The notes: generated by a model not told the origin, from the letters alone. 64,000 nucleotides of DNA from Schizochytrium sp. TIO01 (GCA_004764695.1 SMSO01000034.1:620001-684000), one strand, 5' to 3'. Shown: positions 1-11,989, numbered from the stretch's first letter. Numbers and translations are program-made.

Positions 1-19
1 GTAATGTTTTATTTTTTTA

Positions 20-54
20 AAGAAGAAGAAGAAGAAGAAGAAGAAGAAGAAGAA
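20..54. repeat. (GAA)n microsatellite
   Basis: Perfect GAA trinucleotide run at the window start. Confidence 0.9.
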
Positions 55-957
55 TACTCTAGCTGGTAATAACTTTCTTCAGAGCTGTATTGCGCTCTTT
101 TCTACCGCTTTCCTTCCTCCTATTCCTTTCAAGTTCTTTCTCTTTCTTATGAGTTGTTTTTCGTTTATTTATTTTTTAATGAAAGTAATTTAATGAAAGT
201 AAGCGTCGACTCATCACACTGAAAGTGAGCGACGTGAGTCCTACAGTATGGGCTGATAGGTTGATAGCTCTGACGGAGCTCGCGTTGTGAGAAACCCTTC
301 TAGGAACCTGCTAGCGTAGTGGTAGTGTCAGGAGGTAAGGAGTTCCTCAAAAAAAGAAAGAATGAAAACTGAGAGAGTGAAAGAGAAGAGTGACTCAGAA
401 GAATAGAGATTACAATTCTTGCACACATACAAGTTGGGTAGGATAGGGGAGGCTTCCTTGTAAACAAAGAAGCTCAATACATGAGAAGTAAAAATGTATT
501 TCTTTCTTTTCCTTTCCCTCTTCTTATTATTGCTTTCTTTCCCCTTTTAGGCGGGAAAAAATTTCTTTATTCGTTTATTTAGTTTGTTTGTGTGCTTGAA
601 CATTAAATCATTTTCTTAACAAGCGTGCAAGAGCACTCCGTAGAGCAGCAAAACTGCATTCTCCGGTCACCACGCCAACCCAAACTGTAGTCGAGACGCA
701 ACGTCTGCAGATCAAGCAGAACCTTAGAAGCTCTGCCTCCACACGTGGCAGCCCCCTTCCCGTTGGCATTCTGGGTTGCAAAGCAGCTGAGCTGTTGCAG
801 TCTTGAGCAGGTAGAAGTACTACACGACCTCTCCAGGTACCGCTTCTGCTTCGTGAGACTTACTCCACGTCGCCATCGTTACTTCAGAGGTCCGTAAATA
901 AGACATTGGTCGATCGCCGCCAAACTTTTGTAGACAAAAAAACAAACAGAAAGCACA

Positions 958-2469
958 ATGGGCTGCGTGTTGAGCAAAAACCCTGGTCGTGACCTAAGCG
1001 AGGTCGACGTTATCTTCTTCGATATGGATGACACCTTGTATCAGAACAACTGGGCAACTGCCGAGCGGCTCAAAGAATCCATTGAGCGTTACACTGTGGA
1101 TGACCTTGGCCTTGATGAAGGCTATGCGTTCCAGTTGTACCTCGAGCATGGCACTGCTCTTCGCGGCCTGCTCAAGATGAACCTCTTGCCCGAAGATCAA
1201 ATCGAGCACTTCTTGCAGAAGATCCACGATGTCTCCCTTGAGGAAATTGAGCCCAACCCAGCCCTCGCCAAGATGCTCAAAGAGCTCTCTGAGCACAAAC
1301 GCATCTGGATCTTCACTGCCTCAATCAAGGAGCATGCCCAGCGCTGCCTCGCCAAGCTCGGAATACCTGAGAGCATCTTTGAGGGAATTATTGACTCTCG
1401 CAGTGTTGGTCTCGTCACAAAGCACTCCCCAATGGCCTTTGTCCAGGCCATGGAAATCGCCAACGTTACTGAAGGCCACAACTGCATGTTCTTCGATGAT
1501 TCTGTCAAGAATATCAAGACTGCTAAGCAGATGGGTTGGCACACTTGCACAGTCGGTCGCGAGCGTGGCACTGGTGAGCCACTCAACTGCCCTGACGCTG
1601 ATTTCGCAGTAGACTCTGTCATGGAGCTCCCTGAGAAGATCCCGGATCTTTTCCTTGGTGAACGTCACAACAACTCTGTGATTGCCGTGCAGGACGCCAC
1701 TACTGGAGATGCCTCGGACCCATACTCTGCCAAGGTTGTCGAGGACGAGTCTGATGATGAGTCTGATGACGGCAAGCACGAGGAAGTTGAGCCAGAGGAC
1801 AGCGATGTGGACATCGACGATGTTCTGATGGAGGACGAGGTCGAGGATGAGGTCCCGGAGGCCCAGCCTCGCCACGCCATTTTCATTCTTGGTGGCCCTG
1901 GTTCCGGCAAGGGTACGCAGTCTCAAAAGCTTCAGAAGAAGAAGAAGGGTGATGTTGTGCATCTGAGTGCTGGCGACCTTCTTCGTGCGGAGCTCCAGAA
2001 CCCTGACTCCGAGTACGGTCCTCTTATCGACAAGACTATCAAGGAAGGTGGTCTGGTTCCCGAGGAAATTACCATGAAACTTATTGTCAAAGCCTTTGAG
2101 GAGCACCCTGAAGCCTCAACTTTTCTCATTGATGGTTGCCCTCGTGACTTGAATAACCTCAAGGGCTGGTATAAATTTGTGCAGGACCCTGGTTATGCCA
2201 CCGTCGTCGGAGCTCTCTTCTATGATACTAGCGAAGAAGTCATGTTAGAGCGTATCATGGGACGCGCTGCTACCTCTGAGGAACAGCGTTCTGATGATAA
2301 TGAAGAGACTGCCCGCAAGCGCTTCAAGACCTTTGAGGAGAAAACCATGCCGCTCATGGACAAATTGCGTGCTGAGGGTCTTGTTCGCGATATCGATGCC
2401 TCGCGCCCTGTCGATGAGGTCTTTAAGGACACCGTACGCGAGGTCAACGATATCCTTAAGGATCAATAA
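958..2469 (+). CDS. Fusion protein: HAD-superfamily pyrimidine 5'-nucleotidase (SDT1/Phm8-like) + acidic linker + UMP-CMP/adenylate kinase; predicted N-myristoylated/palmitoylated
   Basis: 503-aa ORF. HAD motifs FFDMDDTLY, IFTAS, TKHS, FFDDSVKN. NMP-kinase motifs ILGGPGSGKGTQ, HLSAGDLLRAE, LIDGCPR, RSDDNEET. N-terminus MGCVLSK. A-rich context before the ATG. Confidence 0.9.
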   Translation: MGCVLSKNPGRDLSEVDVIFFDMDDTLYQNNWATAERLKESIERYTVDDLGLDEGYAFQLYLEHGTALRGLLKMNLLPEDQIEHFLQKIHDVSLEEIEPNPALAKMLKELSEHKRIWIFTASIKEHAQRCLAKLGIPESIFEGIIDSRSVGLVTKHSPMAFVQAMEIANVTEGHNCMFFDDSVKNIKTAKQMGWHTCTVGRERGTGEPLNCPDADFAVDSVMELPEKIPDLFLGERHNNSVIAVQDATTGDASDPYSAKVVEDESDDESDDGKHEEVEPEDSDVDIDDVLMEDEVEDEVPEAQPRHAIFILGGPGSGKGTQSQKLQKKKKGDVVHLSAGDLLRAELQNPDSEYGPLIDKTIKEGGLVPEEITMKLIVKAFEEHPEASTFLIDGCPRDLNNLKGWYKFVQDPGYATVVGALFYDTSEEVMLERIMGRAATSEEQRSDDNEETARKRFKTFEEKTMPLMDKLRAEGLVRDIDASRPVDEVFKDTVREVNDILKDQ

Positions 2470-5112
2470 ATGCTCCTTTACTCTCTAATAGAGGGCCTAG
2501 AGGTCTTAAGTAGCCCTCAATGAACATCAACTCCCTGCCTTAAGTCCGAGGTTGCTGATATCAACTACATTCTTACTCTTGCATAATATTCATTGATTTA
2601 CCGGAGCCTGGAGATATCCGGTTCGCATGTGCTCTCGGCATACTCGCTAATGAATTGGTGCTTGCGAAAACAATCAAGATGTGCTTCGTTGAGTTACAAA
2701 TGGCGTTTCAAGTATTGGGCAGCAGAGCGAAGAAAAAAGCTGCTGATCTTGTTCAAAAGCCGTTTATGCTGTTTCTTTTACTTTTACTTTTGCATTGCAA
2801 CTTGTAAAGTTCAAATTACGTACCACTAATTCTTTCCTTTCTTTGGCTTCCGTTTGTGGAACTGTGTGCTATCTCCTTCGCAGACATGAAGAAATGAATG
2901 ACCAAAAGACAATCATTATCTTACTGTGTCAGCCAAAGTTAAGTAGAATAAACCATGAAAACCATATTATCTTTTTAACTTATGATCAAGTTCTAGTCGC
3001 ACCAATATTGTGAGATCGCGGGTCAGTTGGCCTAAACAGAAATGTGCATTAACACAAAACCTGCCAGGCACCACTCTCAGATCGCAGCCAGAGGTACCTC
3101 TTGAATTTTGAAATCAAAATTTAAGACTTGCGAAATGCCAGGGGTCTTTGAATTAAATCTTCAATCACTTTCGCACCCATGACTGTTCAATGAAAGAAAC
3201 TATAGCCTGTAACTTTTCTTAAGGTTTGCCGTGATTTGTTGCCATTGGTGAATTCCAAATGAAACCAAACGGACATGGTGTGCACACGCAATTCGAGTAT
3301 TAACCGGTTCCAGCTTGAATCTCACGCTCGAAGTTCTAGATTCCCTCGAATCCAATAGCCCTGTTTTATGAAAGGAAATAATACTCGCATGCAACTAGCT
3401 GGGTTCTGGCACTGTCCTCAATTTGGAATATTTGTGTCATTGTGCCACCCTTGTGGCAGCTCTACTACTGTCCTGGTTATCCTACACTGCGTAAAGCACG
3501 ACTACTGCTGTGTTTTCTTTACTTGTGCACAGAAGATTCACCCCCGTATCGGTCGGACCCCCAGCTTCCATTTTATTCTATTGTTGTGCACGTGCTGAAA
3601 AATAATGCCCCATCATAGAGTTGATTAAGTATGCTTGAAATCGATTGTTCAGAAATCTTGGTCACCAATTGCATGCGTAGGAACGACGTTCATTAATTCT
3701 GTGTTCCTCGTGCGTCTCTCGCTTCCTCCCAAAATACTCAGTGCAAAGTATTTTCGTTTTTTTTTTTTTGTTTTTTTGTTTTTTTGTCTAATTTTATTTA
3801 TTATGTTATTACTTTTTTCTTTTCTTTTCTTTTCTTTTTTAAATGCTTATGCTTATGTTGGGTGGTGTTATTATTTTTCTAATATATCTCTTTCCACTGT
3901 TTTCTCACGTGGCATCAGAGCCCTCTTTTTTTCTTTTTTTCTTCCCTTTTGTTTTTGTAGAAAAGAACACTGCTTCGATCGCCGCTAAACACCCTAAACC
4001 CCAAACTAAAGTTCTTTACATAAGATAATTAAGTTTCAAGCGCATCACTCTCCCCTAGTTCAGATGTGCATCATTTCAAAAAAAAAAATGCGCCTAGAAC
4101 GTTCGCAGTGATGAGAAACTTTAGTAGACTTTTTCATTTGTCATTTAGTCGAGTAGAGTCATAAAATACAAACGAACTCCAGGTTGATTCGCAACCTTTA
4201 ACATCAAAATTGCCGCCTAGAGAAACTTTACTACTCTACAAAGCAGGCAAGAAGCACTAGTCTATCAATCATGGTTGATTGGGGTTTCGTTTAACTTATA
4301 ATCGTCTTTAGGTTAATTTAGTTGTATTTACAAGGTGCAGTAAATTCTATTCTCAAATTTGACATGGCACCAAGAGTACCCCAACTCACGCTCACTGGAT
4401 GAAATTCAATTAGATTTTTAAAACTTCAACGGGCTCGTGAAAACGAAGTCTTCTTTTACCTGCATGAGTTCATTTCACCCTTTACAAAAGCCATTCACCA
4501 TTCCACGTGCAAGCAGCTAGCGTTGCGACCATAGGATTCAGTTGATCATCCACGTACCAGGACATGCATCCATACACTGATTACTCTTGTTACGTTACAA
4601 TATTGGCGTAACCCCTCTCAAAGAATAACCTTTCTGAAAAAGAAAAGAAATGGAGAAAAAATGAAGAAAAAAAGAGCATTGTTTCACACTCAGATAGTTT
4701 AACTATATTAGGACTTTTGATCCATCCCAAGACCCAGCAGTATTACCAAATATGAAACTCCACCTAGAACCGTTCTCGTTTCTCTGCTCCGCGCTCTCAA
4801 TCCAGCTCAGCTCCCAAGTCTGTTCTTATTCTACAATACGACTCTGCGAAATTGCGCTTGAGAGTGTAATTTGCTCACTCTTAACAAGCTTCTAAGGAAC
4901 CCTATGCACGTTGTGTGCCCTTCTGACGAGATCTTATAGTCTATAGTAGAAACTTTTCACAAATATGTTATACAGTCATTATCTATTTGCCCTTTAACCG
5001 TATAAACTACTTACGATGCACCCGGTCATTGTCGGCAAGCGCTTTTACCGAGACGAACTTGAGCAGGCAACTATTCCAAACTCCGTTCTCGGCTGCTTTC
5101 CGCTTTGTACAG

Positions 5113-6414
5113 ATGCCCTCGGGCTCAGCGGACGTCGAGCTCGTGGGTCGCGGCGCCTCTGCGTCTCGCAGATCCTTTCCAAACTCTGGCACCTCAGACG
5201 GCAACTCCGACATGCCGAACCGCACGTCGCGGGATCTTCATCAAAGCTCCACCTCCGCTACCTCCGGTACTGCAGCTGCAACCTCAAAGCAATGGAAATC
5301 TCTTGAGGAAACACGACGTCTGTGGCCAGCCCGCTTGAATCTCTTTTTTGGAGGACGTGGGGTTTCTACAGGCCTATCTCCTTGGCCTCCTTTAGGTGTC
5401 CTCTTTGCACTATGCTCTGGTTTTGCGCTACTCTTCGCGTTCCCCGTGCCATACTTTACGCGCCATCACGGCGGTTCTGCTGCGTATGCTGTAGTCGGCG
5501 CCGTGCTAGCAGTGTGCTCGTTTAGTTTCTACTTTGCCGCAAGCTTGATGGATCCTGGCATTTTGCCTCGCTGCGGAGATCTCGCAGCACCTGAGGGCTC
5601 CTCAGTCTCTGTTGCGGCACGACCTCCTCGCAAGCAGCACTTTGTAGTTCATGGTAGCGCCACAGCCAGGACATACTGTGATATATGCGCTGTCTACAGA
5701 CCGCCCCGAGCCGAGCACTGTAGTCTTTGCAACAATTGCGTCACAAGATTTGACCATCACTGTGCTTGGATTGGGAATTGCGTCGGAGAGCGAAACTACA
5801 GGCACTTCTTTGGATTTCTAATATCTAGTATGCTTGGACTCGTGTATAGTACAGTGCTCGGCGTCGTACACCTTGTCAAGCTTGGGGAGGAGTACGGAGA
5901 CGATGTCGCACCAGTTTTTAGGAATGGAGCAGGGTCAATTGTACTTGTAGTGCTGTGCGTAGTGCTTATTTTGGCGGTTGTGGCGTTGCTCATATTCCAT
6001 TTGCAACTATCTTACTTGAATAGAACCACGTATGAACACTTGAGGGTTACACCGGGACCTTTGCGTCCTGAAGGACAGGGTGTACACGTACTAACGAGGC
6101 TCTTCTTCGGCAAGAGGGCGCCTAGCTATGTCAAGAGCTGGCTCCAACTCAACAGGGTCAACCCGAGCTTCTCGGATGCCGTCAGCAGCGACAAAGTCTA
6201 CAGCCTTGGGAATGAATCGACAGCAAAAAGGGCGACGCTTAGTGAGTATGATTCTACGCTGTTCTTTCGCTCTACACCCAAGAGGGAACGCCAGGATCAT
6301 TTTCAATCTGCATCGTCTACTGACTTCGATCAAGATAACCAAAGTATTAGTAAGCAACCTGCCCAAGGTGTTGACTCTGTACTTTCATACTCGACCGCCC
6401 CAAACGATCAGTAA
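5113..6414 (+). CDS. DHHC palmitoyltransferase (ERF2/zDHHC9-14-18-like)
   Basis: CDICAVYRPPRAEHCSLCNNCVTRFDHHCAWIGNCVGERNY cysteine-rich domain, MDPG and TTYE motifs, four hydrophobic segments. First ATG at 5113 (ORF track begins at TTG 4987). Confidence 0.92.
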   Translation: MPSGSADVELVGRGASASRRSFPNSGTSDGNSDMPNRTSRDLHQSSTSATSGTAAATSKQWKSLEETRRLWPARLNLFFGGRGVSTGLSPWPPLGVLFALCSGFALLFAFPVPYFTRHHGGSAAYAVVGAVLAVCSFSFYFAASLMDPGILPRCGDLAAPEGSSVSVAARPPRKQHFVVHGSATARTYCDICAVYRPPRAEHCSLCNNCVTRFDHHCAWIGNCVGERNYRHFFGFLISSMLGLVYSTVLGVVHLVKLGEEYGDDVAPVFRNGAGSIVLVVLCVVLILAVVALLIFHLQLSYLNRTTYEHLRVTPGPLRPEGQGVHVLTRLFFGKRAPSYVKSWLQLNRVNPSFSDAVSSDKVYSLGNESTAKRATLSEYDSTLFFRSTPKRERQDHFQSASSTDFDQDNQSISKQPAQGVDSVLSYSTAPNDQ

Positions 6415-7223
6415 TCAGAGGTCTGCATGGCCTTGAATCTTTCCCAGTTCCGTTTGCTTCTTTGGAATACCAAAGATTAGTAGTGCTGCTTGTTTGAGAC
6501 CATCCCAGAATTCTGTTCTCTAATTCTACGAAAAACCTGATACCTCTGACTTATTCGTAATAAGCGCTAGATCGATGGCCAAGGGCGCTCTGGTAAACCA
6601 TTAACACTGTAAAATCTCATTTTGATTAGCTAAGTTTTTAAAGCTTGCCTATGGTGATAGACTGCGTTTACTGTAGCAGAAAACCTAAACAGTTCCAATT
6701 CAAGTTACTGTCTTTTTCGGTTCGCAATTCAACTCTGTCTACTATTTTGAAAATATGGTGTACTAGTTCGTCTGAGTCTCGGTTTCGCTCAGGAATGGTT
6801 CACTTGTCAAAGCATGGGTATCAGATATTTCATGAGAAACATTGAAGATATCTCGTTATGATCAAGTCCCTCTAGGAGGATTCTAAAGAAACCCACTTTT
6901 TTCTTCTTTTCTTTTTTTCTCCTTTTTATTTGAGACCCAACTGTTTTTCCCTCCTTTTGTTGACCTCATCCGTTGCACATAAACTCACAATGATATCTAA
7001 CATTAACTATAGTACTATTGAATTGATTGTAAGTAATTGATGATGAATGATTAAGCGATTGAGTGATCAGTATCCCCTTTGCAGAGCAGGCAAACTATCA
7101 AAAGATCACTTCATTCGTCGCTCTTGAGCAGCAGAAAGCCGCTCTCGAGCACCTTCTATTGCTGCAGCGACAGTGGCAACTTAGCTTGTGACAGAAAGAA
7201 TCCGTTCACAGCTGCAGCCAACG

Positions 7224-10200
7224 ATGCGCTCGTCAAGCAGGCCTTCACGGAGGGAGGGCTACGGCATTGGTCATGGGCGCGGTGGCAACAGCAGTGCTGG
7301 TGACGCTACTGCCAACAGCAGCCACGAAGTCGAAGGAGGCAACTTTGACGATGAGATTTTCACCAGCATTGATGACAATGGCGAGATCTTCAACAATAAC
7401 AACCTTCGCAACAGGAGTGGCATCAACGAACCCCATGTTTTCAACGGCGCACGCAATATCAACAGCAGGGTCAACTCCAGAATAAGCCACAGAAACGACG
7501 ACTTTAGAAGCAACACCAATAACAACGATGACGATGATGATACCGACGTGCAGGAACTCCTCTCCGCGCTCTCGAATGTGCCCTCGACAACTACAGCAGA
7601 TCCTGGTGCCTCAGGTCTAGGCGCCGCAGCAGAATTCATGAGCGATGTGCTCTCACCAGAAACATCGCGCAGACTTATCGAAGCTACTGGACGCAGGCGC
7701 GGGGTAGGATCATCTGAAAATGGCATCGAAAATGCATCCGATGCTTCCAAGAGTATAGGGAGCCAGGAACCGAATTCTATGAAGTTTGAAAGGCAAACTC
7801 AACCTCGTCAGTCTCATAGAGCTAGTCAGTTTGGACAGTACAGTGAAACCCAAACTCGAGGTCAGAACAAAGCATCTACAGCACTGGATTCCTCTGTAGA
7901 GTCAGAGGCTATTTCGGAGAGCCGCAAGGTGCTGGAAAGTTTGAATAACTCATTGCCACCATCATCGTCTCAAATGATGGCAGGATCGACAGCGTCTTCG
8001 TCAATAACATCTTCAAGGTATCAGAAGGACCACCAACAGCAAGGATTAAAATCGCCGCAAGTTGGTCAACTTGTAGAGACTCCCGCTCTTCAATCTTATG
8101 AGGTAGCTGATGAGAAAGAGATTGATGCTCGCCTGGGTCAAGACCCGTGTGTGCTTTGCTTTGAGGATAAGGTCGTGCTCCGCTCACACAGAGGCACCTG
8201 TGTCTCAGTGGCAAGGCCTAAACGCAAGGGTCAAGCAAATTTGAACATGTCGATGTTTGATGGTATTGAGATGGCTCTGAAAAATCAAATTTCAATGAAG
8301 AATCGCACATCCTCTCTTGACACCAATCTGTCTTCACTGGCAACGCCACAAGGACCAGACTTTGTGGCAAAGGTTGATGGAAACCCCACTGAAGCGGCCT
8401 GTGAATTCGCAATCATTGGCGCTGCTCTCCGCACACACACTGGTATTGTCAAACATGGAGATGTCGTCGCTTTGCTCTCCAAGGCTCGTGGTCGGTTTCT
8501 TGGCGTAGTGAACCGTGACCAGGAGGATGTCGAGGATTTGGACTCGGATGACGAAGACGGTGATGTTTTGAACGCATACTCTGGGAAGCCATCTGAAGAG
8601 GAGATCCTCAGCATGCCAACGCATGAGCCTCAGTGGCATGTCTTACCTCGACGTAAGGTTGCAGGACGCCGGGAGCACTGGATTGTGGTAGAGATCGAAA
8701 ATGAAACAACTGATCGCATTTCAGAGCGCAATCAGCGAATCGCAGCATCTGCGGCGCGTATGGGTAGGCGCGCCAAAGAACTTGGTTACAATTTGGCCAA
8801 AACACAGTTCTCAACTCCCCACAAGAGGGAAGTTACTGTGGCCTTGCGCTCTTCTGATGCAGTCTTACTTCGCTCTGTACATGCTGAAGGCTTATTCTTA
8901 GGCGTATCAAATGGTAACCTCCGCCTGTTTCGAGCACCTCCAGAAAATGGTGCTTGTACATGGTCGCTGGTGAAGACCCCGGCTCCATATGTTCCTTTGT
9001 GGTCACGCCAGCGACCGCTCCTTAACTATGCTGGCGCCTCAGCAAATGAGGAAAATCGTGATGTTGTGGGTAACAGCGCTCTCAATAGCGATGACGGGCT
9101 TGATATTATTACCGCGACGGAAGATGACTTGGTTGATGCCGTTCTCTTTGCCATGCAAGGTGTTGAGAGTGACTACGTAATTAAATCTTCCAACCCAGAC
9201 GGGACTACATCATGGAAGGTTATTGAGAAGCACGTGCAAGATGCTGCTTTGCTTCAGCTCACATCTCGCATCATGCCTCTGTGTAGTGATTATGAATCAG
9301 CTATTGAGTTCGTGCAACGACGCACTCGGCCGGAGTTTGGTCGAGTGTCACATGCTATGTCCGCTGCAATGCGCGCCCTGTTGCGTGAGTACGATGTCCT
9401 TGTAGCTCAGCTTGAGCACGAGAAAAATGGTCAACGTCTATCGCTGCAAAAACTTTGGTTCTATGTACAACCTTCCATGCGAGTACTTCATGTACTTGCT
9501 AGTGTAGCCCGTCGTTCTGAAGCATCCACGGGAGGGGTCTTGCTTAACTTAGTTCATGATCTCGCCTCTCGTGGTGGAGACGCAAAGGCTCGTTCTGTGT
9601 ATCACTATCTAGTTCAACATGCTACTGTGCCTTATCTTGAAATGCTGGAACTCTGGATTTACCACGGCGTGATCCGGGACCCATATAACGAGTTCATGGT
9701 TTATGTAGACGAAGACGCGACGAAGCGGACTTTGCGCGATGACTTCAATGCGCGATACTGGGATTCACGATACACTTTGCGAGAAAATTCACGAGGTGTG
9801 AGTTGGCACACTCAGGTCCACGGTTCCTCAGATTCTCAACTTGCAGGAGCTGTCACCACACATAACCACGTGCCATTTTTCCTCAATCGACTGGCTGAAA
9901 AAATCCTCACTACAGGAAAGTACCTTAATGTTGTGCGAGAATGTGGACGATGGGTTGAAAACACTTGCGCAGAACGTATCCCATACAGTGATGAAAGTCA
10001 CATGTATGATCAAATCGTTACACGTGCTCACGATTTCGCTTCGCGAACCTTGCTTAATCTTCTGCTTGAGGAGGAGCAGCTCTTGCCGCGCTTGCGCTCT
10101 CTCAAGCATTACTTCCTGTTGGATCAAGGAGACTTTTTCGTACACTTTATGGATCTCGCTCACGAAGAACTCCAAAAGCCTGTGGAGCAAATCGCTGTCC

Positions 10201-11207
10201 CACGCCTCCAGTCATTGCTTGATGTCTGCCTTCGCGTACGGAATGTCAACGACCCGTATCAGGAAGACTTGGCTTGCGAATTGGTACCCTATGCGCTTAT
10301 TGAGCATGTTGAAGCCATTCATGACTTTGCTATTGCAGGTTCAAGCTCAGTCAGCCATATGGCACGCCCGAGTACAAAGCATTCTCCGGGTCTGCATGGT
10401 ATTGACGCATTCACCCTTGATTTTAAGGTGCGTTGGCCACTTTCACTGGTTCTCTCGCGACAAGCTCTTACCAAGTATCAGCTTATTTTCCGTCATCTCT
10501 TCTTTTGTAAGCATGTTGAGCGCCAACTGTGTACTACATGGCTTGCTCACCAGACGACGAAGGAATTGAATTTGCGATCTGCACTCGGCCCTGACTACTG
10601 CTTGCGCCAACGAATGCTCCACTTTCTTCAGAATTTCGAGTACTATGTGATGTTTGAGGTTCTCGAGCCACGCTGGCACGAACTCGAGAAACGCCTCGAG
10701 CATGTAAAGACTGTGGATGAGCTCATGAAGCATCATTCCGAATTCCTTGATACCTGCCTTCGCGAATGTCTGTTGACTCACCAAGGTCTTCTTAAAACAT
10801 TAGCAAAACTCATGACGACGTGCCTTCTCTTTGCAGAACAAATTGGCCGTTTCGCGAACCAACTCCAGGTGGATGAAGAGTCAATGACAGCAGCGCTAAG
10901 CGAGCATGAAAAATCCCAAGCTGGGGCTCCGCCTCGGCGACCTTCACCAGAGTCTGCAGCAGCTGAAGCATCAGCTAAAAAGCGGGCTCTGCGCAAGACA
11001 CGGATCAAGGTACAGGAGGAGCACATTCGCCGCATTGTAACTCAGGATAGCTACCGACAGATGATCCTTCGTTCGCAAGAGACATTTGATGGCATGCTCA
11101 ATCAATTCATGGACGAGCTTCTGAAGGAAGCTACTCAGGGCGAGTATCACTCTCACCTCACAAACCTGTGTACACGTCTTGATTTCAACTCATACTATCA
11201 AAAATAA
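7224..11207 (+). CDS. TUBGCP2: Gamma-tubulin complex component 2 (GCP2/Spc97) with long N-terminal extension
   Basis: GRIP-domain motifs LSLQKLWFYVQP, WIYHGVIRDPYNEFMV, KILTTGKYLNVVRECG, LRSLKHYFLLDQGDFF, FKVRWPLSLVLSR, YQLIFRHLFFCKHVERQL, C-terminal RLDFNSYY. First ATG at 7224. Confidence 0.88.
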   Translation: MRSSSRPSRREGYGIGHGRGGNSSAGDATANSSHEVEGGNFDDEIFTSIDDNGEIFNNNNLRNRSGINEPHVFNGARNINSRVNSRISHRNDDFRSNTNNNDDDDDTDVQELLSALSNVPSTTTADPGASGLGAAAEFMSDVLSPETSRRLIEATGRRRGVGSSENGIENASDASKSIGSQEPNSMKFERQTQPRQSHRASQFGQYSETQTRGQNKASTALDSSVESEAISESRKVLESLNNSLPPSSSQMMAGSTASSSITSSRYQKDHQQQGLKSPQVGQLVETPALQSYEVADEKEIDARLGQDPCVLCFEDKVVLRSHRGTCVSVARPKRKGQANLNMSMFDGIEMALKNQISMKNRTSSLDTNLSSLATPQGPDFVAKVDGNPTEAACEFAIIGAALRTHTGIVKHGDVVALLSKARGRFLGVVNRDQEDVEDLDSDDEDGDVLNAYSGKPSEEEILSMPTHEPQWHVLPRRKVAGRREHWIVVEIENETTDRISERNQRIAASAARMGRRAKELGYNLAKTQFSTPHKREVTVALRSSDAVLLRSVHAEGLFLGVSNGNLRLFRAPPENGACTWSLVKTPAPYVPLWSRQRPLLNYAGASANEENRDVVGNSALNSDDGLDIITATEDDLVDAVLFAMQGVESDYVIKSSNPDGTTSWKVIEKHVQDAALLQLTSRIMPLCSDYESAIEFVQRRTRPEFGRVSHAMSAAMRALLREYDVLVAQLEHEKNGQRLSLQKLWFYVQPSMRVLHVLASVARRSEASTGGVLLNLVHDLASRGGDAKARSVYHYLVQHATVPYLEMLELWIYHGVIRDPYNEFMVYVDEDATKRTLRDDFNARYWDSRYTLRENSRGVSWHTQVHGSSDSQLAGAVTTHNHVPFFLNRLAEKILTTGKYLNVVRECGRWVENTCAERIPYSDESHMYDQIVTRAHDFASRTLLNLLLEEEQLLPRLRSLKHYFLLDQGDFFVHFMDLAHEELQKPVEQIAVPRLQSLLDVCLRVRNVNDPYQEDLACELVPYALIEHVEAIHDFAIAGSSSVSHMARPSTKHSPGLHGIDAFTLDFKVRWPLSLVLSRQALTKYQLIFRHLFFCKHVERQLCTTWLAHQTTKELNLRSALGPDYCLRQRMLHFLQNFEYYVMFEVLEPRWHELEKRLEHVKTVDELMKHHSEFLDTCLRECLLTHQGLLKTLAKLMTTCLLFAEQIGRFANQLQVDEESMTAALSEHEKSQAGAPPRRPSPESAAAEASAKKRALRKTRIKVQEEHIRRIVTQDSYRQMILRSQETFDGMLNQFMDELLKEATQGEYHSHLTNLCTRLDFNSYYQK

Positions 11208-11989
11208 CATCAGTAAAATTACACTTGATACTTCTAAATATCATCAGACTTTTTCAGGGTTCACATCTCACAAGATCGAGTACCTCTTGAGGGACATTTG
11301 TGTGACAATGGTGTCTATCTGATCTCTTGATAAAAAGCTACAAATACATTACCTAGGTGTTTTGTACCTTCTCCCAGGCTGAATGTTTAACTGGTTGGGA
11401 AGGGCTCAACTTTGAGAGGTTGCCTATGGAAATTGTTGTGACGCCATGAACATGCTAGAAATGCTGTCGAAAAACAGATCTTTATGCAGGTTTACGTTTG
11501 AGGAAAAACAATACTTAGAATCAATTCAATATTGCCATGTAAAAGTTTCTGTTTCGCTAATTACCCCGTCGTCCTTATTCATAAGAGCAGGAGAGACAAC
11601 TAAACTTTCGACAATGTATGGAAGAGCCAACCTTAAGAATAAGTCTAAAACTACTCTGCCCATAGCTGTTCACAATATCCTAGCAGTTCAACAAAACCCC
11701 GTCTTCTACTCCATTTTCTAATCTTAACATGTATTGCGTCTTCCTCATCCTCACACGAGTGTAGTGCATCCGTCCCATAATAACCCTCAGCTTACATCTT
11801 ACATCGTGCTCGAGCCCCGACTTCTTTAACGGCATAACTGCAGCAGCATCTGCGACCTTCTCAGGAGCAAGCAGTTCACTAACACATGCTCGCCGCCACA
11901 AGTTTTTGTGAATGCATGTGCGTGTATGCCACTTACTTCCAGGCAATGCGTCTACTGCCCCCCTAGTTAGTGTTAGCCTTGGTTATCTA

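Noticed and set aside
742-4510. Recurrent CACGTG (G/E-box) in upstream regions
   Set aside because: A hexamer is expected many times by chance in 64 kb; enrichment cannot be shown without genome-wide counts
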